Source: the human T2T-CHM13v2.0 reference genome, Homo sapiens. From it: DNA of 64,000 nt. The notes beneath the pieces were generated by a model. That model saw nothing but the letters and a program-made list of their open reading frames with translations. It was not told the origin of the DNA and ran no database searches. A program made the position numbers and the translations under genes. This document shows, in pieces, positions 1 to 23,466 of the stretch; position 1 is the first letter of the stretch, and every line of letters begins with the position of its first letter. The DNA is taken from the NCBI RefSeq assembly GCF_009914755.1, contig NC_060943.1. One strand, written 5' to 3'.

Positions 1-409
1 CGCCCAGGGCCTACAGGTGGGGCACCCCTTCTGCGGGCTTGCACACCCCCAGGGCTCTCCGCAGGGCGTTCTCTTCTTTGGCTTGCTGTGAAGGTGTGGG
101 TACATCTGTCTGTCCCTGTCTTTGTCTTGGCCCTGTCTATCTCGCAGGTCCGTGGTTTGAGGGGCTTGGGATCTGGCTCTTGGTTTTACCCTCATCTGTC
201 CCCTTTCTGCCGTCACCCATCTCCTCTCCTGCTACCTGCCCCACTTTCGTTCTGTCCTTGACACATGGGGACACACATCCGCCATTCCCTCAGCCCTCCA
301 CCATGCCAGATGCTCTGGGCAGCTCCTCCCTAGGGAGGGTGGAGGCAGGAAGCCCCTTCCTCCTGTCTACTCTCCACCCAGGCATCACCCCTCCCTCTGC
401 TCCCTCTAG

Positions 410-515
410 TGACCATGATGACCGCTGGGAGACAAAAGAAGGGGCAGCATCCCCAGCCCCTGAGACTCCACAGCCTACTTCCCCCGAGACTTCCCCCAAG
501 GAGACACCCATGCAG
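410..515 (+). CDS. CCDC9: CCDC9 penultimate coding exon (..DHDDRWETKEG...KETPMQ)
   Basis: Pyrimidine tract with AG at 408-409 and donor CAG|GTAAGG at 516; joins in frame to the next exon (MQ|PPEIP). Peptide recognised as the CCDC9 C-terminal region. Confidence 0.88.
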
Positions 516-601
516 GTAAGGCTGGGCTGTGGTTCAGGGCACGGGCCTGGGGTGGGGGCTCAGGACCTGTGCCTTGCCCTGACTTGCCTGTGTCCCCAAA
601 G

Positions 602-1006
602 CCACCCGAGATCCCAGCTCCTGCCCACCGGCCTCCTGAAGATGAGGGGGAAGAGAATGAGGGGGAAGAGGATGAAGAATGGGAGGACATAAGTGAGGAT
701 GAGGAAGAGGAGGAGATCGAGGTGGAAGAAGGTGATGAGGAGGAACCAGCGCAAGACCACCAAGCCCCAGAGGCTGCCCCCACCGGGATCCCCTGCAGTG
801 AGCAGGCCCACGGAGTCCCCTTCAGTCCGGAGGAGCCCCTGCCGGAGCCCCAGGCCCCTGGCACGCCTTCCAGCCCTTTCTCACCACCCAGCGGCCACCA
901 GCCTGTGTCCGATTGGGGTGAAGAGGTGGAGCTGAATTCTCCCCGGACCACTCACCTGGCTGGCGCCCTCTCCCCGGGTGAGGCCTGGCCTTTTGAGAGT
1001 GTATGA
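602..1006 (+). CDS. CCDC9: CCDC9 canonical last coding exon (acidic tract, ends GEAWPFESV*)
   Basis: 86-nt intron 516-601 with CCCTGAC branch-like motif and AAG acceptor. ORF 569..1006 frame, Glu-rich tract, TGA at 1004-1006, AATAAA downstream at 1243. Confidence 0.92.
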   Translation, partial: PPEIPAPAHRPPEDEGEENEGEEDEEWEDISEDEEEEEIEVEEGDEEEPAQDHQAPEAAPTGIPCSEQAHGVPFSPEEPLPEPQAPGTPSSPFSPPSGHQPVSDWGEEVELNSPRTTHLAGALSPGEAWPFESV

Positions 1007-1015
1007 AGCTGGCTG

Positions 1016-1018
<3 letters not shown>

Positions 1019-1065
<47 letters not shown>

Positions 1066-1072
1066 CGCGCGC
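1019..1072 (+). repeat. (GT)19(GC)8 compound microsatellite in the CCDC9 3' UTR
   Basis: Read directly; 54 nt of uninterrupted purine-pyrimidine alternation. Confidence 0.98.
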
Positions 1073-1242
1073 TAGAGGGGTGTGGCTGGTGGGGGACCCT
1101 TGGGGCTGGGCCCTGGGACCCAGTGTGCCCCACAGCCCTGTCAGCTGAGGGGGTAGCGCAGCCCATGCTCTTCTGTACTGTCATGCCCGTCTCTGGAATG
1201 TCCACTCCCAGAGCCTGCCCCAGCCCTTCGAGCCCCCTCCCC

Positions 1243-1248
1243 AATAAA
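1243..1248 (+). terminator. CCDC9: Proximal CCDC9 polyadenylation signal AATAAA
   Basis: Canonical hexamer about 240 nt after the stop codon, with GGTGTGT downstream. Confidence 0.85.
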
Positions 1249-1380
1249 GAATTCACATCCTCCAATGACATTCCCCCAGGTGTGTCCTTGAACCCCCTTC
1301 AACTCCCCCTGGGCCTTCTCTCTTGGGGTGGGGAGATGTCAGGCGGGAAAGGGGGCTTGACTGGGGCTCCCCTTCCCTAG

Positions 1381-1473
1381 GAGGTGGCCAGTCAGCCCCT
1401 GCCTTCCCGGAGAGTGGGCCCAGCCTCCGAGGAACCCAGGAAGCTGAAGAGGAAGGGTCTGAGGCAACTCCAG
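1381..1473 (+). CDS. CCDC9: Predicted alternative CCDC9 coding exon (93 nt, phase 1-1: GGQSAPAFPESGPSLRGTQEAEEEGSEATP)
   Basis: CTTGAC branch-like motif, CTCCCCTTCCCTAG acceptor and CAG|GTGGGG donor. In frame with internal donor CGG|GTGAGG at 977/978; composition matches the acidic, Pro-rich CCDC9 tail. Confidence 0.7.
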
Positions 1474-1794
1474 GTGGGGGAGTGCATGGGGCATGGGATG
1501 GAGGCCGCTTCTTCCTCTTTCTCTGGGGCTGAGGGGCAGAGGGCTTGGGGGGAGTGGGGTGAATGTGTGTAGGTAGCAGTTGGACCATAGAGGTGAGGTG
1601 AAAAGGGTGAGCTCGGATAGGGATGGGGGGCTGGAGCCGGGTGGCAGGGGTGGGGCAAAGGGGCAACTTTATGGGCCAAGCCAATAGGAATTTGGTATGG
1701 AGGTTGAGGAGGTGGGGTTAAGGAAAGGATTAGAATTTTGGAGTCGAGCTCAGGGGTTTTGGAAAGCACTGGTTTAAGAGTAATGGGGTGTGGA

Positions 1795-1940
1795 TCGGAT
1801 GCCTTGGCTCATGCCTGTAATCCCAGCTAATTGGGAGGCGGGAGGATCGCTTGAACCTGGGAGGCGGAGGCTGCAGTGAGCCGAGATCGCTCCACTGTAC
1901 TCCCACCTGGGCGACAGAGCAAGACTCCGTCTCAAAAAAG
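1795..1940 (+). mobile_element. Short Alu monomer-like fragment
   Basis: GGCTCATGCCTGTAATCCCAGC...GACTCCGTCTCAAAAAA, about half the length of a full Alu. Confidence 0.85.
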
Positions 1941-2668
1941 GTGGTTGGCGTTGGTGTACTAGGGCAGGAGCTATAGGCAGACTACGAAATTTGAACTGGC
2001 TCGAAAAGGCCAAAGAGATGGGCAAGGGCAGAAAACTGGATTTAACTGTGGCTGGGATTAGAGTTCTGAGGTGCAACCTAGTGGGGCAAATTAGAATAGA
2101 CATGCGTACCCGATCAGCATTTTGGGACCGACGAAGTGCGAGCAAGAGGCCAAGCCCCTCTCCACCTACACTCCGTAGGAGTAAGATTTCGAATCTCAGA
2201 TGGCCTCCCCTTCCCCCAGAGTGGGATTAGGATTTTGGGGGCAGAGCCAAGGAAGGACTGGTTAGAATAGCAGGCGTTGGCGAAGGAAAGGGGAGGGCGG
2301 GTCCTCTAGGACTGGCTTGGTGGAGGTTGATGAAGGCCGTGAGATGGGGCGGGGGTGGGAGAGGACAGTTTGCAGCCTTGGGTGGCGCGGGGGCCCAGAC
2401 CCTCTGTCTTGGGCCACTTGTTGGTCGGGAGCCAGATCTCGCCACACCCGCGTTTCCTCGATTGTAAACGGTTATGTTGGGAGTGTTTGCTGCTGCGTGG
2501 GTCCGCTGAGAGGATTAGTCTGGGCCCCGTAAACCGCTTAGCGCCGAGCCTGCTGTGGCAAGGGCTCGAACTGGATGAGAGACGTGGCTAGACGGGGGAG
2601 GGGTGCTGGGCCGGGGGGGAGGTGGGAAGACTGCTCCCCTCCGCTGACTCAGCCCCTTCTCTCCTCAG

Positions 2669-2772
2669 AGGCAGGCCCCGAAGGCCAGGAGACGGCGGAG
2701 ATCACCGACTTCCAGAGGGTGCGTTTCTGCAAGGTGGTGGCGGCCCCTCCGCCGCCGGGGGCCGCTCGCTGA
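2669..2772 (+). CDS. CCDC9: Predicted alternative terminal CCDC9 coding exon (EAGPEGQETAEITDFQRVRFCKVVAAPPPPGAAR*)
   Basis: GCTGAC branch motif at 2643-2648 and CCCCTTCTCTCCTCAG acceptor. Phase 1 matches the upstream exon; GC3-rich codon usage; ATTAAA at 3125. Confidence 0.7.
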
Positions 2773-3124
2773 CCGCGCCCGCCGGACCGCGGCCTCCGCG
2801 CTCTGCACTAACCTCCCACCGCCTCGCTCCTCTGTCCTCTGCTTCTGCCACACTCCAGCCAGGAGAGGGTTAAATCTAAGGGGGGAGGAGCCAGGGTCTG
2901 CGAGCCGGGCGGGGCCAGGGCAGTAGTCGGGTGCAGGCCCCACCAACGGGGGACGTCACGGCACTGGGACGGCTGGGACGCTTCCGCGTTAGTCTCCCAT
3001 GGAGGCCCTGGGCGGCTCGAGCCAGTCTTCAGGCCGAATCTCCCGCCTCCAGGATTGCATCCGAGGCCTGGCAGCCGGTGACACTTCCGAAGGGCTTGAA
3101 TTACTCGGGCGCCAGCCCTGTCGT

Positions 3125-3130
3125 ATTAAA
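3125..3130 (+). terminator. Candidate distal CCDC9 poly(A) signal ATTAAA
   Basis: Only AATAAA/ATTAAA hexamer I found between 1250 and 4987; followed by GU-rich CTGTGTTTCT. Confidence 0.55.
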
Positions 3131-3277
3131 CGCAGTGCTTCCGCTCACCCTTGAACTGTGTTTCTGGAGGGGGCAGGCTGGGTCGCTGTGCTTGGCGGGC
3201 TTTTCTGTGGCGGAAGAGGCGGAAGGAAGGGGTCTTCCTCCACCCTTCTGATCCGTCTTCCCTCCCCCCTCCCGCAG

Positions 3278-3295
3278 GCCTCCCCGAATTCCTGA
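3278..3295 (+). CDS. Possible further CCDC9 terminal exon start (ASPNS*)
   Basis: TTCTGAT branch-like motif and a strong pyrimidine tract ending CCCGCAG at 3277; phase 0 matches donor AGG|GTGCGT at 2718/2719. Confidence 0.45.
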   Translation, partial: ASPNS

Positions 3296-4104
3296 AGACG
3301 CTGCTGGGAGGGGACTGAAGCTTCCCCGCCTTGATGGGGAGGGGGCGTGAGGAGGGGTTTATCTGGATTTCCAGGCTGTGTTCTTTCTACCCCAGAGCCT
3401 AGTCTGGACCCCTTGGCTCTAGGGAGAGGGAAAAGCTGACCGTTGGGGAGGAGCTGGGAGAAGGGGCGCGATTGCGGTGAGGGGCGGAGCTGGAACCTCG
3501 GGGCCTGAGGTGCTGAGGATACCTGAAAGCGGGCTGAGAGTGTGCTGGAGGAGGCGGGTCCCGCGGGGGCGGAGCTAGGCTGCCTGGGCGGGGCCGGAAT
3601 CCTGACAGGCGGAGTTAGAGCGGGGGGCGGGGTCAGCGCGCGCGGGTGGGGCTCTGGCCATGGGCATGGGGCGGGGCCGTCAGCGGGGGCGTGGTCGGGG
3701 TGTCGCGCGGGAACCTGCGCGGGAGGAGAGCGGGGATTCCGGAACTAGAGTGTGGGAGCCAGAGGCCGTAGCGGGCAGGGCTCGAGCACTGGAGTAGAGC
3801 AGTCCGACAGGTAGAGAAGTGAGACTGGCTGCGGCACAGGGCGGGTTAGGGCTCCAGGCAGGGCTTGAGCGGGACGAGGGGGCGGGCTCCGAGGCGGGCT
3901 AGATGCCTGGGCTGGATGAAGTCCGAATCTGGGAAGAGAACCGTGTTGTGGCGGGAGGAGGCGGTGATTGGGGTGGTGGGGCTAAGCGCGGGGGCGGGGC
4001 TGGAGCGAGGGGGGCGGGGTAGCACCTCCGCCTGTCGGTGGTGGGGCGGAGGCTGGAGGGGGTGGGCCTAGGATGCGGAGGCGGCAGCTCGCGTGGGGGC
4101 GTGA

Positions 4105-4662
<558 letters not shown>

Positions 4663-4986
4663 CTCTCCCTTCCACCCCAACCCGGATCGCCAGCCCTCGA
4701 GAGCTCTGTGCTCCACGCCGAGGATGCACCGTCTCTGGATTGGTCCGGCCTTCTTCCTAATGACATCGCTCAGCGTCTCTGGAGCCGTCATCCCGCGGAA
4801 TGGGGGCCCAGGGGGTGTCAGCTCGGGGCCTTGCCTCTTGCAGCTACTCTGTGGTCAGGCCGGGTCCTCCACCATCAGGAAGATCCCATCCTGAGCTCTG
4901 TCTCCTGCCCCTCGTGCTGTGGGATGCTGAGCACAGAGCCCACAGCCCATCTGCCTCTTCACCTCCCTGAATCCGTGTCCATCTGC

Positions 4987-4992
4987 AATAAA
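4987..4992 (+). terminator. INAFM1: INAFM1 polyadenylation signal AATAAA
   Basis: Canonical hexamer followed by GU-rich GTGCTGTGTCTGTCCTGTTGTCT. Confidence 0.88.
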
Positions 4993-6017
4993 CGACAGCC
5001 TCGGCTGCCTCGTGCTGTGTCTGTCCTGTTGTCTGCAGAGATGCCTCCCCTCCCAAGTTTGTGTGGGAAAGACCTTCCTGGGGTGTGGCCTTTGTCTGTT
5101 TTGTCCCGGGTGGGCTGTTCCCCTTCCTTAAGGAGCTCTTCTTTTCTTGGAGTAGGGAGAAGCAGCTTAGCAGCAGCAGGGCCTTTGAAGGTCAGACAGT
5201 GGGAAGGGCTTCCCAGTTTTTTGTGTGCTTGGAGCAAAGGACAAATGTCTCTGGGGAGAAGCAGAGTGTCTGCCCTCGTGTTACAGCACAGGAGACAAGA
5301 GGAGGGGTGGGGTGATACAGGACAATAGCTGGGGTTCTGGGAATTGCTGTTGGTGTAATTATCATGTCAGGGACAGAGGCTGAATCACCCAGGGATCTCA
5401 GTTGGCTGCCGAGAGGGAACGATGCTGGCCCACTTCCTGGGGTCAGAGAGATGAGAGTGGATGGCGGCGGCGGTGGTGTTGCTTCTCAGCCTGTCTGGAA
5501 ATCTCAGAGCCAATGACCAAAGCGCTGTGCTGCCTTGGAAGACTGGTGCAGCCTCTGGCCTGGGGCGCTGCTAGGAAACCAAGGCCGGGAAACTGAGGTC
5601 TAGCTTCTGGGCAAGGAGTCCGAGGTGGGGAGGCCATGTTCCATCCTGGAAGACTGAGGCCTGGCTCTGGACAGGGCCTGGGATCTGACATGCAGGAAGC
5701 TGGTTCCTGTCCAGCCTCCCCGCTTGAGCTGGAGGCCTTCCCAGGAGAGTGAGGCTGAGCATCTTCTCCCACGCTGTGGCTCCTGGAGATCTGTGGAGGT
5801 GGTTAGGAAGGTCAGCTGCTCTGCTCACCTCCCCTTTACCCCACCACCACTCCCCAGAGGGTGGTTGTGAAGGGGAATCTAGGAAGCCAGCACTTCTTTA
5901 TAGTCAGCATAGGTGATAGTTAGGGGCACTGACTGGGGCGAGACTACTCGGGTTCAAATTCCAGCTCCTCTCATTACAAACTGTGTGACTTTGGGCAGGT
6001 CACTTGACCTCTGTGTT

Positions 6018-6998
<981 letters not shown>

Positions 6999-8249
6999 TG
7001 AAGATGCTAATGGTACTTCTTCATAGACTTGCTCTGAGGAATAAATAAACTGGTGATCTCAAGCCCTGAGAACGATGTCACGTGTTCTCTCTCTCCACCA
7101 CCTCTGTCCCTCAGGGTTTAAAAGCCCCAGCTGGGATCCTCTGGGGATAGCAAGTCAGTCCAAAGCCCTGGCCACCAGCAAATGGTGAGTTTGAGGGAGG
7201 GGCCTCTCCATTTCGGTTCCCACTGGCCCCCCTCTCTTTGGTTTTCATCTCTCTTCTCCCAGCCCCATTTTTTCCTACTCTTTCGTTTCCTTGTTGCTGT
7301 GTGTCCTGGCTCTTTTCTCTTTCTGTGTTTGTCTCTCTGCGTCTCAGTCTTTCTGTGTCCTGTTTATCTCTCTGGTGTCTCTTGGTATTGTTTCTCTCTC
7401 CCACTCTGTATGTCTCTGACTCATTCTGCTCATTCTGTGTCCTCCCTATTGCTCTCTGTCCCCAGCTCGTTCTTTTTTTTTTTTTTTTTTTTTTTTTTAG
7501 ATGGAGTCTTGCTCTATTACCCAGGCTGGAGTGCAGTGGCGGTGGGATTACAGGCGCCCACCACCATGCCCGTATAATTTTTGTATTTTTAATAGAGAGA
7601 GGGTTTCACCAGAGTGGCCAGGCTAGTCTTGAACTCCTGACCTCAAGTGAGCTTTCCGCCTCGGCCTCCCAAAGTGCTGGGATTACAGGCGTGAGACACT
7701 GTGCCCAGCCCCAGCTGATTCTCTTTCTTCTCTCCTCCACACTTATCTTACCCCAACACTTTCTTCCACCTTGCTCCCCTTCCCCTGCCCCCGCACCCCA
7801 CAGCTTCCAGGTCCCTAGTCTCAGTGTCCCCTGTCTCCTTCCCTTTATCTCTTCCTTTTCTCCTCCTATTTCTCTTGGTTTCTCTTTTGGTCTCCATTGT
7901 TTAATCTTCCTTTTAACAAATATTTTTTGAGGCTGGGCACAGTGGTTCTTGCTTGTAATCTCAGCACTTTGGGAGGCCAAAGCCAGAGGATCACTTGAGG
8001 CCAGAAGTTAGAGACCAGTCTGTGTAACACAGCAAGACTTCATCTGGACAAAAAATTAAAAAATTAGCTGGGTGTGGTGGTGCATGCCTGTAGTCCCAAC
8101 TACTCAGGAGGCTGAGAGGAGAGGATTGCTTGAGTCCAGGAGGTCGAGGCTGCAGTGAGCTATGATTGCACTACTTCACTCCAGCCTGGGAAACAGCAAG
8201 ATCCTGTCTCTAAAAAACTAAAAAAACAACCCACCCAAAACCCACAATT

Positions 8250-9840
<1,591 letters not shown>

Positions 9841-10274
9841 GTGTGTGGGCTGGGTGCAGAGGCTCACACCTGCGATCACCTCCCAGCACCCTGGGAGGCC
9901 AAGGCAGGAATATCACTTGGTCCCAGGCGTTCAAGCCCAACCTGGGCAACATAGTGAGACCCCGTCTCTACAAAATAAAAATAAACTTTTTTTTTTAAAA
10001 TGAAAAAAGTAAAAGCAAGGCATGGTGGCTCATACCTGCAATCCCAGCATTTTGGGAGGCTGAGGCTGGAGAAATGTTTGAGCTCAGGAGTTCAAGACTA
10101 GCCTGGGCAACATAGCGAGACCCCATCTGTACACTAAATAAAAAATCAGCCAGGCGTGATGGCTTGTGCCTGTAGTCCCAGCTATTCTGGAGGCTGAGGC
10201 AGGAGGATTGCTTGAGTTAAGGAGTTGAGGCTGCAGTGAGCTGTGATTGTATCACTGCACTCCAGTCTGGGTGA

Positions 10275-12744
<2,470 letters not shown>

Positions 12745-13391
12745 TGAATATTCACATTTTTTGCTGCAAAAATATTACCACGTCTGATGGGAGAGAAGGG
12801 GGCGCCTGCATCAGGCCTCTGAGAGTGTTACATAATGCATGGTATTCACTCAAAATTGCCTTTCTAAAATTGGAACAATTCTGAGTTCTGCAACTCATCT
12901 GTCCCCAAGGACTCCTGCTAAGGGCTTGCGGACCTGTAATTTGGCCCACTGCCAAACCTAGATTCATCTTAATTATTTGCTCAACATTTATTTAATGGCT
13001 CAGGGAAAAAACTAACTTTCTGGTAATTTTTTAAAAGTAGAGAATGACGTTCATTTAGTAAGTTCCCATTGTCAATGACATGCTATTTTTAGTGTTGTGT
13101 GGTTAGGCGAATGCGTGTTTGTGTTTGTGACGGCCTGGATGAGTGTGTCTGTGCATGAGGGTGTGGTTTTTGTGTGACTGAGTGTGTATATGTGAGTGTG
13201 AGTATGTAAGTGTGAATGTGTGTATTTGACTGTTTCAGTGTGCATCTGTGTGATTGGGTGTATAAAAGTGTGTTTGCTCCTCTAATCGCAGCACTTTGGG
13301 AAGCCGAGGTGAGAGGATTGCTTCAGCTCAAGTTCAAGACCAGTCTGGGCAATATAGCAAGACCAAGTTTCTACAAAACATTAAAAGATTA

Positions 13392-13544
<153 letters not shown>

Positions 13545-13796
13545 TCAAAAAAGTATGCATGCATGTCTAGTTGAGTCTGTGTGTGATTGTACATTGAGTG
13601 TGACTGTGGGTCTGTGTGTGTGTGTGTGCATGTGTGAGAACGTGTATGAGAAGAGGCATGGTGCAGGGTTTAAGGTTTATATACTGAAAGAAAGTTCTCA
13701 TTTCAGGCGACATCTGTGCCCTCTGCTATTAGAATTTCAGCGGACTCCACAAAATCAGCAAAGAAATAGTGTGCTGTCAATCAATACCCTTTTTGT

Positions 13797-13811
13797 CCAC
13801 TAGAGGTCGCC
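13797..13811 (+). promoter_or_regulatory. Candidate CTCF motif CCACTAGAGGTCGCC
   Basis: Close match to the CCASYAGRKGGCRS core with one mismatch, in unique sequence. Confidence 0.5.
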
Positions 13812-13923
13812 TGTCTACTTTGAGCAGAGGAAACTAATCTATATTTTTACATTTAGTTGCTGGGAGTTTGCAGACACTTCCAGAGATGTGGGAGGTAGGA
13901 GTGTGGGGATGAGAGGTGGAGAC

Positions 13924-13954
<31 letters not shown>

Positions 13955-13963
13955 TGTGTGTAG

Positions 13964-14194
<231 letters not shown>

Positions 14195-14334
14195 TAGCTA
14201 ATTTTTAAAATATTTAGAAGAGATGGGGGGTCTTGCTATGTTGCCAGGCTGGTCTTGAACTCCTAGACTGAAGCCATCCACCTGTATCGGCCTCCCAAAG
14301 TGCTGGGATTGCAGGTGTGAGCCACCACACCTGG

Positions 14335-15341
<1,007 letters not shown>

Positions 15342-15472
15342 AGTGGTTGGTCCTAATCCTCAATGTGATGATATTGGGAGGTGTGGCCTTTTGGAATTAG
15401 TGCCTTTTTTTGTTGTTTTTTGTTTTTTGAGTCTATCGCCGAGGCTGGAGTGCAGTGGCACGATCTCCGCTA

Positions 15473-15742
<270 letters not shown>

Positions 15743-16276
15743 TTAACAGGCAAATAAGTTTCCTTGGGAGACTGAGGTCCCTTAAAGGGGGGACAGCAAT
15801 ATGTGACAAGTGTGTCCCTATTCTAAAGAGGACTGTTAAATCATCTGGAGGCCAGGCGAGGTGGCTCATGCCTGTAATTTCAGCACTTTGGGAGGCCGAG
15901 GTGGGTGGATCACTTGAGGTCAGGAGTTTGAGACCAGCCTGGCCAACATGGTGAAACCCTGTCTTTACTAAAAATACAAAAATTAGCTGGGCGTGGTGAC
16001 AGGTGTCTGTAATCTCAGCTACTCAGGAGTCTGAGGCAGGACAATTGCTTGAACCTAGAAGGCAGAGGTTGCAGTGAGCTGAGATTTTGCCACTGTACTC
16101 CATCATGGGTGACAGAGTGAGACTGTGTCTTTAAAAAATAATGAAAAAGCTGGGCGCGGTGGCTCACTCGTGTAATCCCAGCACTTTGGGAGGCCGAGGT
16201 GGGCATGTCAAGAGGTCAGGAGTTTAAGACCAGCCTGGCCAACATGGCAAAACCCCGTTTCTACTAAAAATACTTA

Positions 16277-16426
<150 letters not shown>

Positions 16427-16629
16427 TCAAAAAAAAAAAAAAAAGATAAAATAAATAATCTGGATATGACTTCCTCAAAGCTCTGGCCTTAAAATATTTT
16501 TTGACCTTTAGCCAACTTCTCAAATATATATATGTGTATATATATATACACACACACACACACACGCACACACATATATATACACACACACATATACATA
16601 TATATATATAAATTTATATAGCCAGCCTA

Positions 16630-17205
<576 letters not shown>

Positions 17206-17262
17206 CTAGAAAACCCGGCATGTTTTCCCTGGAGTTTGGAGGACATGATGACACCGTTGTAG

Positions 17263-17454
<192 letters not shown>

Positions 17455-17970
17455 TAGTAGAGATGGGGTTTCTCCATGTTGGTCAGGCAGGCCTGGAATT
17501 CCCGACCTCAGGTAATCCGCCCACCTGGGCCTCCCAAAGTGCTGGGATTACAGGCATGAGCCACTGCACCCGGTCCTGCTTTTTTATTAAAAGGAAGCTG
17601 TCTCTGAAGTGTCATACAAGTAAAGGGTCTCATAAGTCTCCAAAGGTTCAGAAATTGTGGTTGTGCTCCATGAACACAACTTTCAATGAGAAGCCTATTA
17701 TTCAGATTGTCCATCTGTCATGGTAATTTGTTGCCCTGGTCCTAAAGTTGTGATTGAAATTGAATTTTTCCTTTAAGGCTGTACTGGGCATTTGTGACTT
17801 TCAGTTGCCCTGGCAACAGCACATCCTCCCCACACTGAATAATACTGATGGTATAAAAAACACATGCAGCCAGGTGCGGTGCATCATGGGTGGACATGGG
17901 GAAACCCCATCTCTACTAGAAATACAAGAAATTAGCCAGGCGTGGTGGCATGTGCCTGTAGTCCCAGCTA

Positions 17971-18078
<108 letters not shown>

Positions 18079-18532
18079 TCAAAAAAACCCCAAAAACAAA
18101 AAACATGCAAATAAAGTAAAAAGTGATAGGTGGGACGGCCACCTGTCAGCTGTTGAGCTCTACTGTGGGAGAAGGTCTGGGGAAGGATTGGGAGGGGTGT
18201 ACGCCATGAAGGGTGAGGCTGGGAGTGTTACACGTGTTATGCACAGTAGCAGGTATTGGTTAGAATGAGATAAGCTGCTGTAACAAATAGACCCCCCCGC
18301 GCCCCCCCCCCCCCCCCGCTGCCCAGCCAACAATGGCTTAAAAAAGAGAGTTTATGGCTGGGCAAGGTGGTTCATGCCTGTAATCCCAGCACTTTGGAAG
18401 GCTGAGGTGGGAGGGATAGCATGAGGCCAGTAATTTGAAACCAGCCTAGGCAACATAGCAAGACCCTGTCTCTATAAGAGAAAAATTTTTAAAAATTAGG
18501 TGGGCTTGGTGATGTGTGTCTACAGTCTCAGT

Positions 18533-19281
<749 letters not shown>

Positions 19282-19289
19282 GTAGGGTA

Positions 19290-21545
<2,256 letters not shown>

Positions 21546-21579
21546 TAGCCAGGATGATCTCCATCTCCTAACCTCGTGA

Positions 21580-21774
<195 letters not shown>

Positions 21775-22418
21775 TAGAGATGGGCTTTTGCCGTGTTGCC
21801 CAGGCTAATTTTGAGCTCCTGGGCTCAAGCGATCTTCCCGTGTCAGCCTCCTAAAGTGCTGGGATTACAGGCCTGAACCACCAAGCCTGGCCTCATTTAT
21901 TCATTTTTAAAGCCCTGTCTATTCTGCCCTCTGATACACCATCCAACACATAATTATTTCAATAATTGAGTTTTTCATATCCCTCATCTCCCGTTAGCTT
22001 CTGCTTCATAACCTCCTCTTCTCGCTTCGACTTGCCATTATTCTCCGTCATTTCTCTGAGGATGTTTGTTATGTGTAGTTTACATGCCTTATTAGCTCTA
22101 CTTCATTGGGAATAGTTTCTTCCAAGCCCAACTGAGATATTTGGGCCTCCTGGGTATGCTGGCAATTATATGCCTCAGAAAAGGTAACAATTCACTGCTT
22201 CTTAAGACTATGGTAGTTTATGGCCAGGCGCAGCAGCTCACGCCTGTAATCCCAACACTTAGGAAGGCCAAGGCGGGCAGATTGCTTGAGCCCAGGAGTT
22301 CAAGACCAGACTGGGCAGCATGGTGAAATCTAGTCTCTACCAATAACAACCAAACACGCAAAAAATCCAAAAAACAAAACTGATAATTTTGAGGGTTTTT
22401 TTTTTTTTTGAGCATTGA

Positions 22419-22688
<270 letters not shown>

Positions 22689-22936
22689 TGATCTGCCTGC
22701 CTTGGTCTCCCAAAGTGCTGGGATTACAGGCATGAGCCACCGGGCCTAGCCCTCTCCTCTCGGTTTTCTCTGGCACCATGGAACCTACTTGGACCCCAGG
22801 TGCACCCCAAAAGTGTGGGGATGTGTAATGTCTTCCTTTGTAACGCCCCTGGGAAGCTCTTCCCTAAAGGCCGGGCGAGTTTGCTGCATCAATGCCCCAG
22901 CCACTTCCTCCTTCATTTTTATTTTATTTATTTTTA

Positions 22937-23358
<422 letters not shown>

Positions 23359-23430
23359 CTAACCCAGGCTGGAGTGCAGTGGTGTGATCATAGCTCACTG
23401 TAGCCTCCATCTCCTGAGCTCAAGAGATCT

Positions 23431-23466
<36 letters not shown>

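Noticed and set aside
39-692. 217-aa ORF and other frames or antisense ORFs overlapping the CCDC9 exons
   Set aside because: They run through introns or are shadow frames of GC-rich coding sequence; only 410-515 of this frame is exonic.
4708-5328. 206-aa ORF downstream of INAFM1
   Set aside because: Non-ATG start, crosses the INAFM1 poly(A) site and has no recognisable domain.
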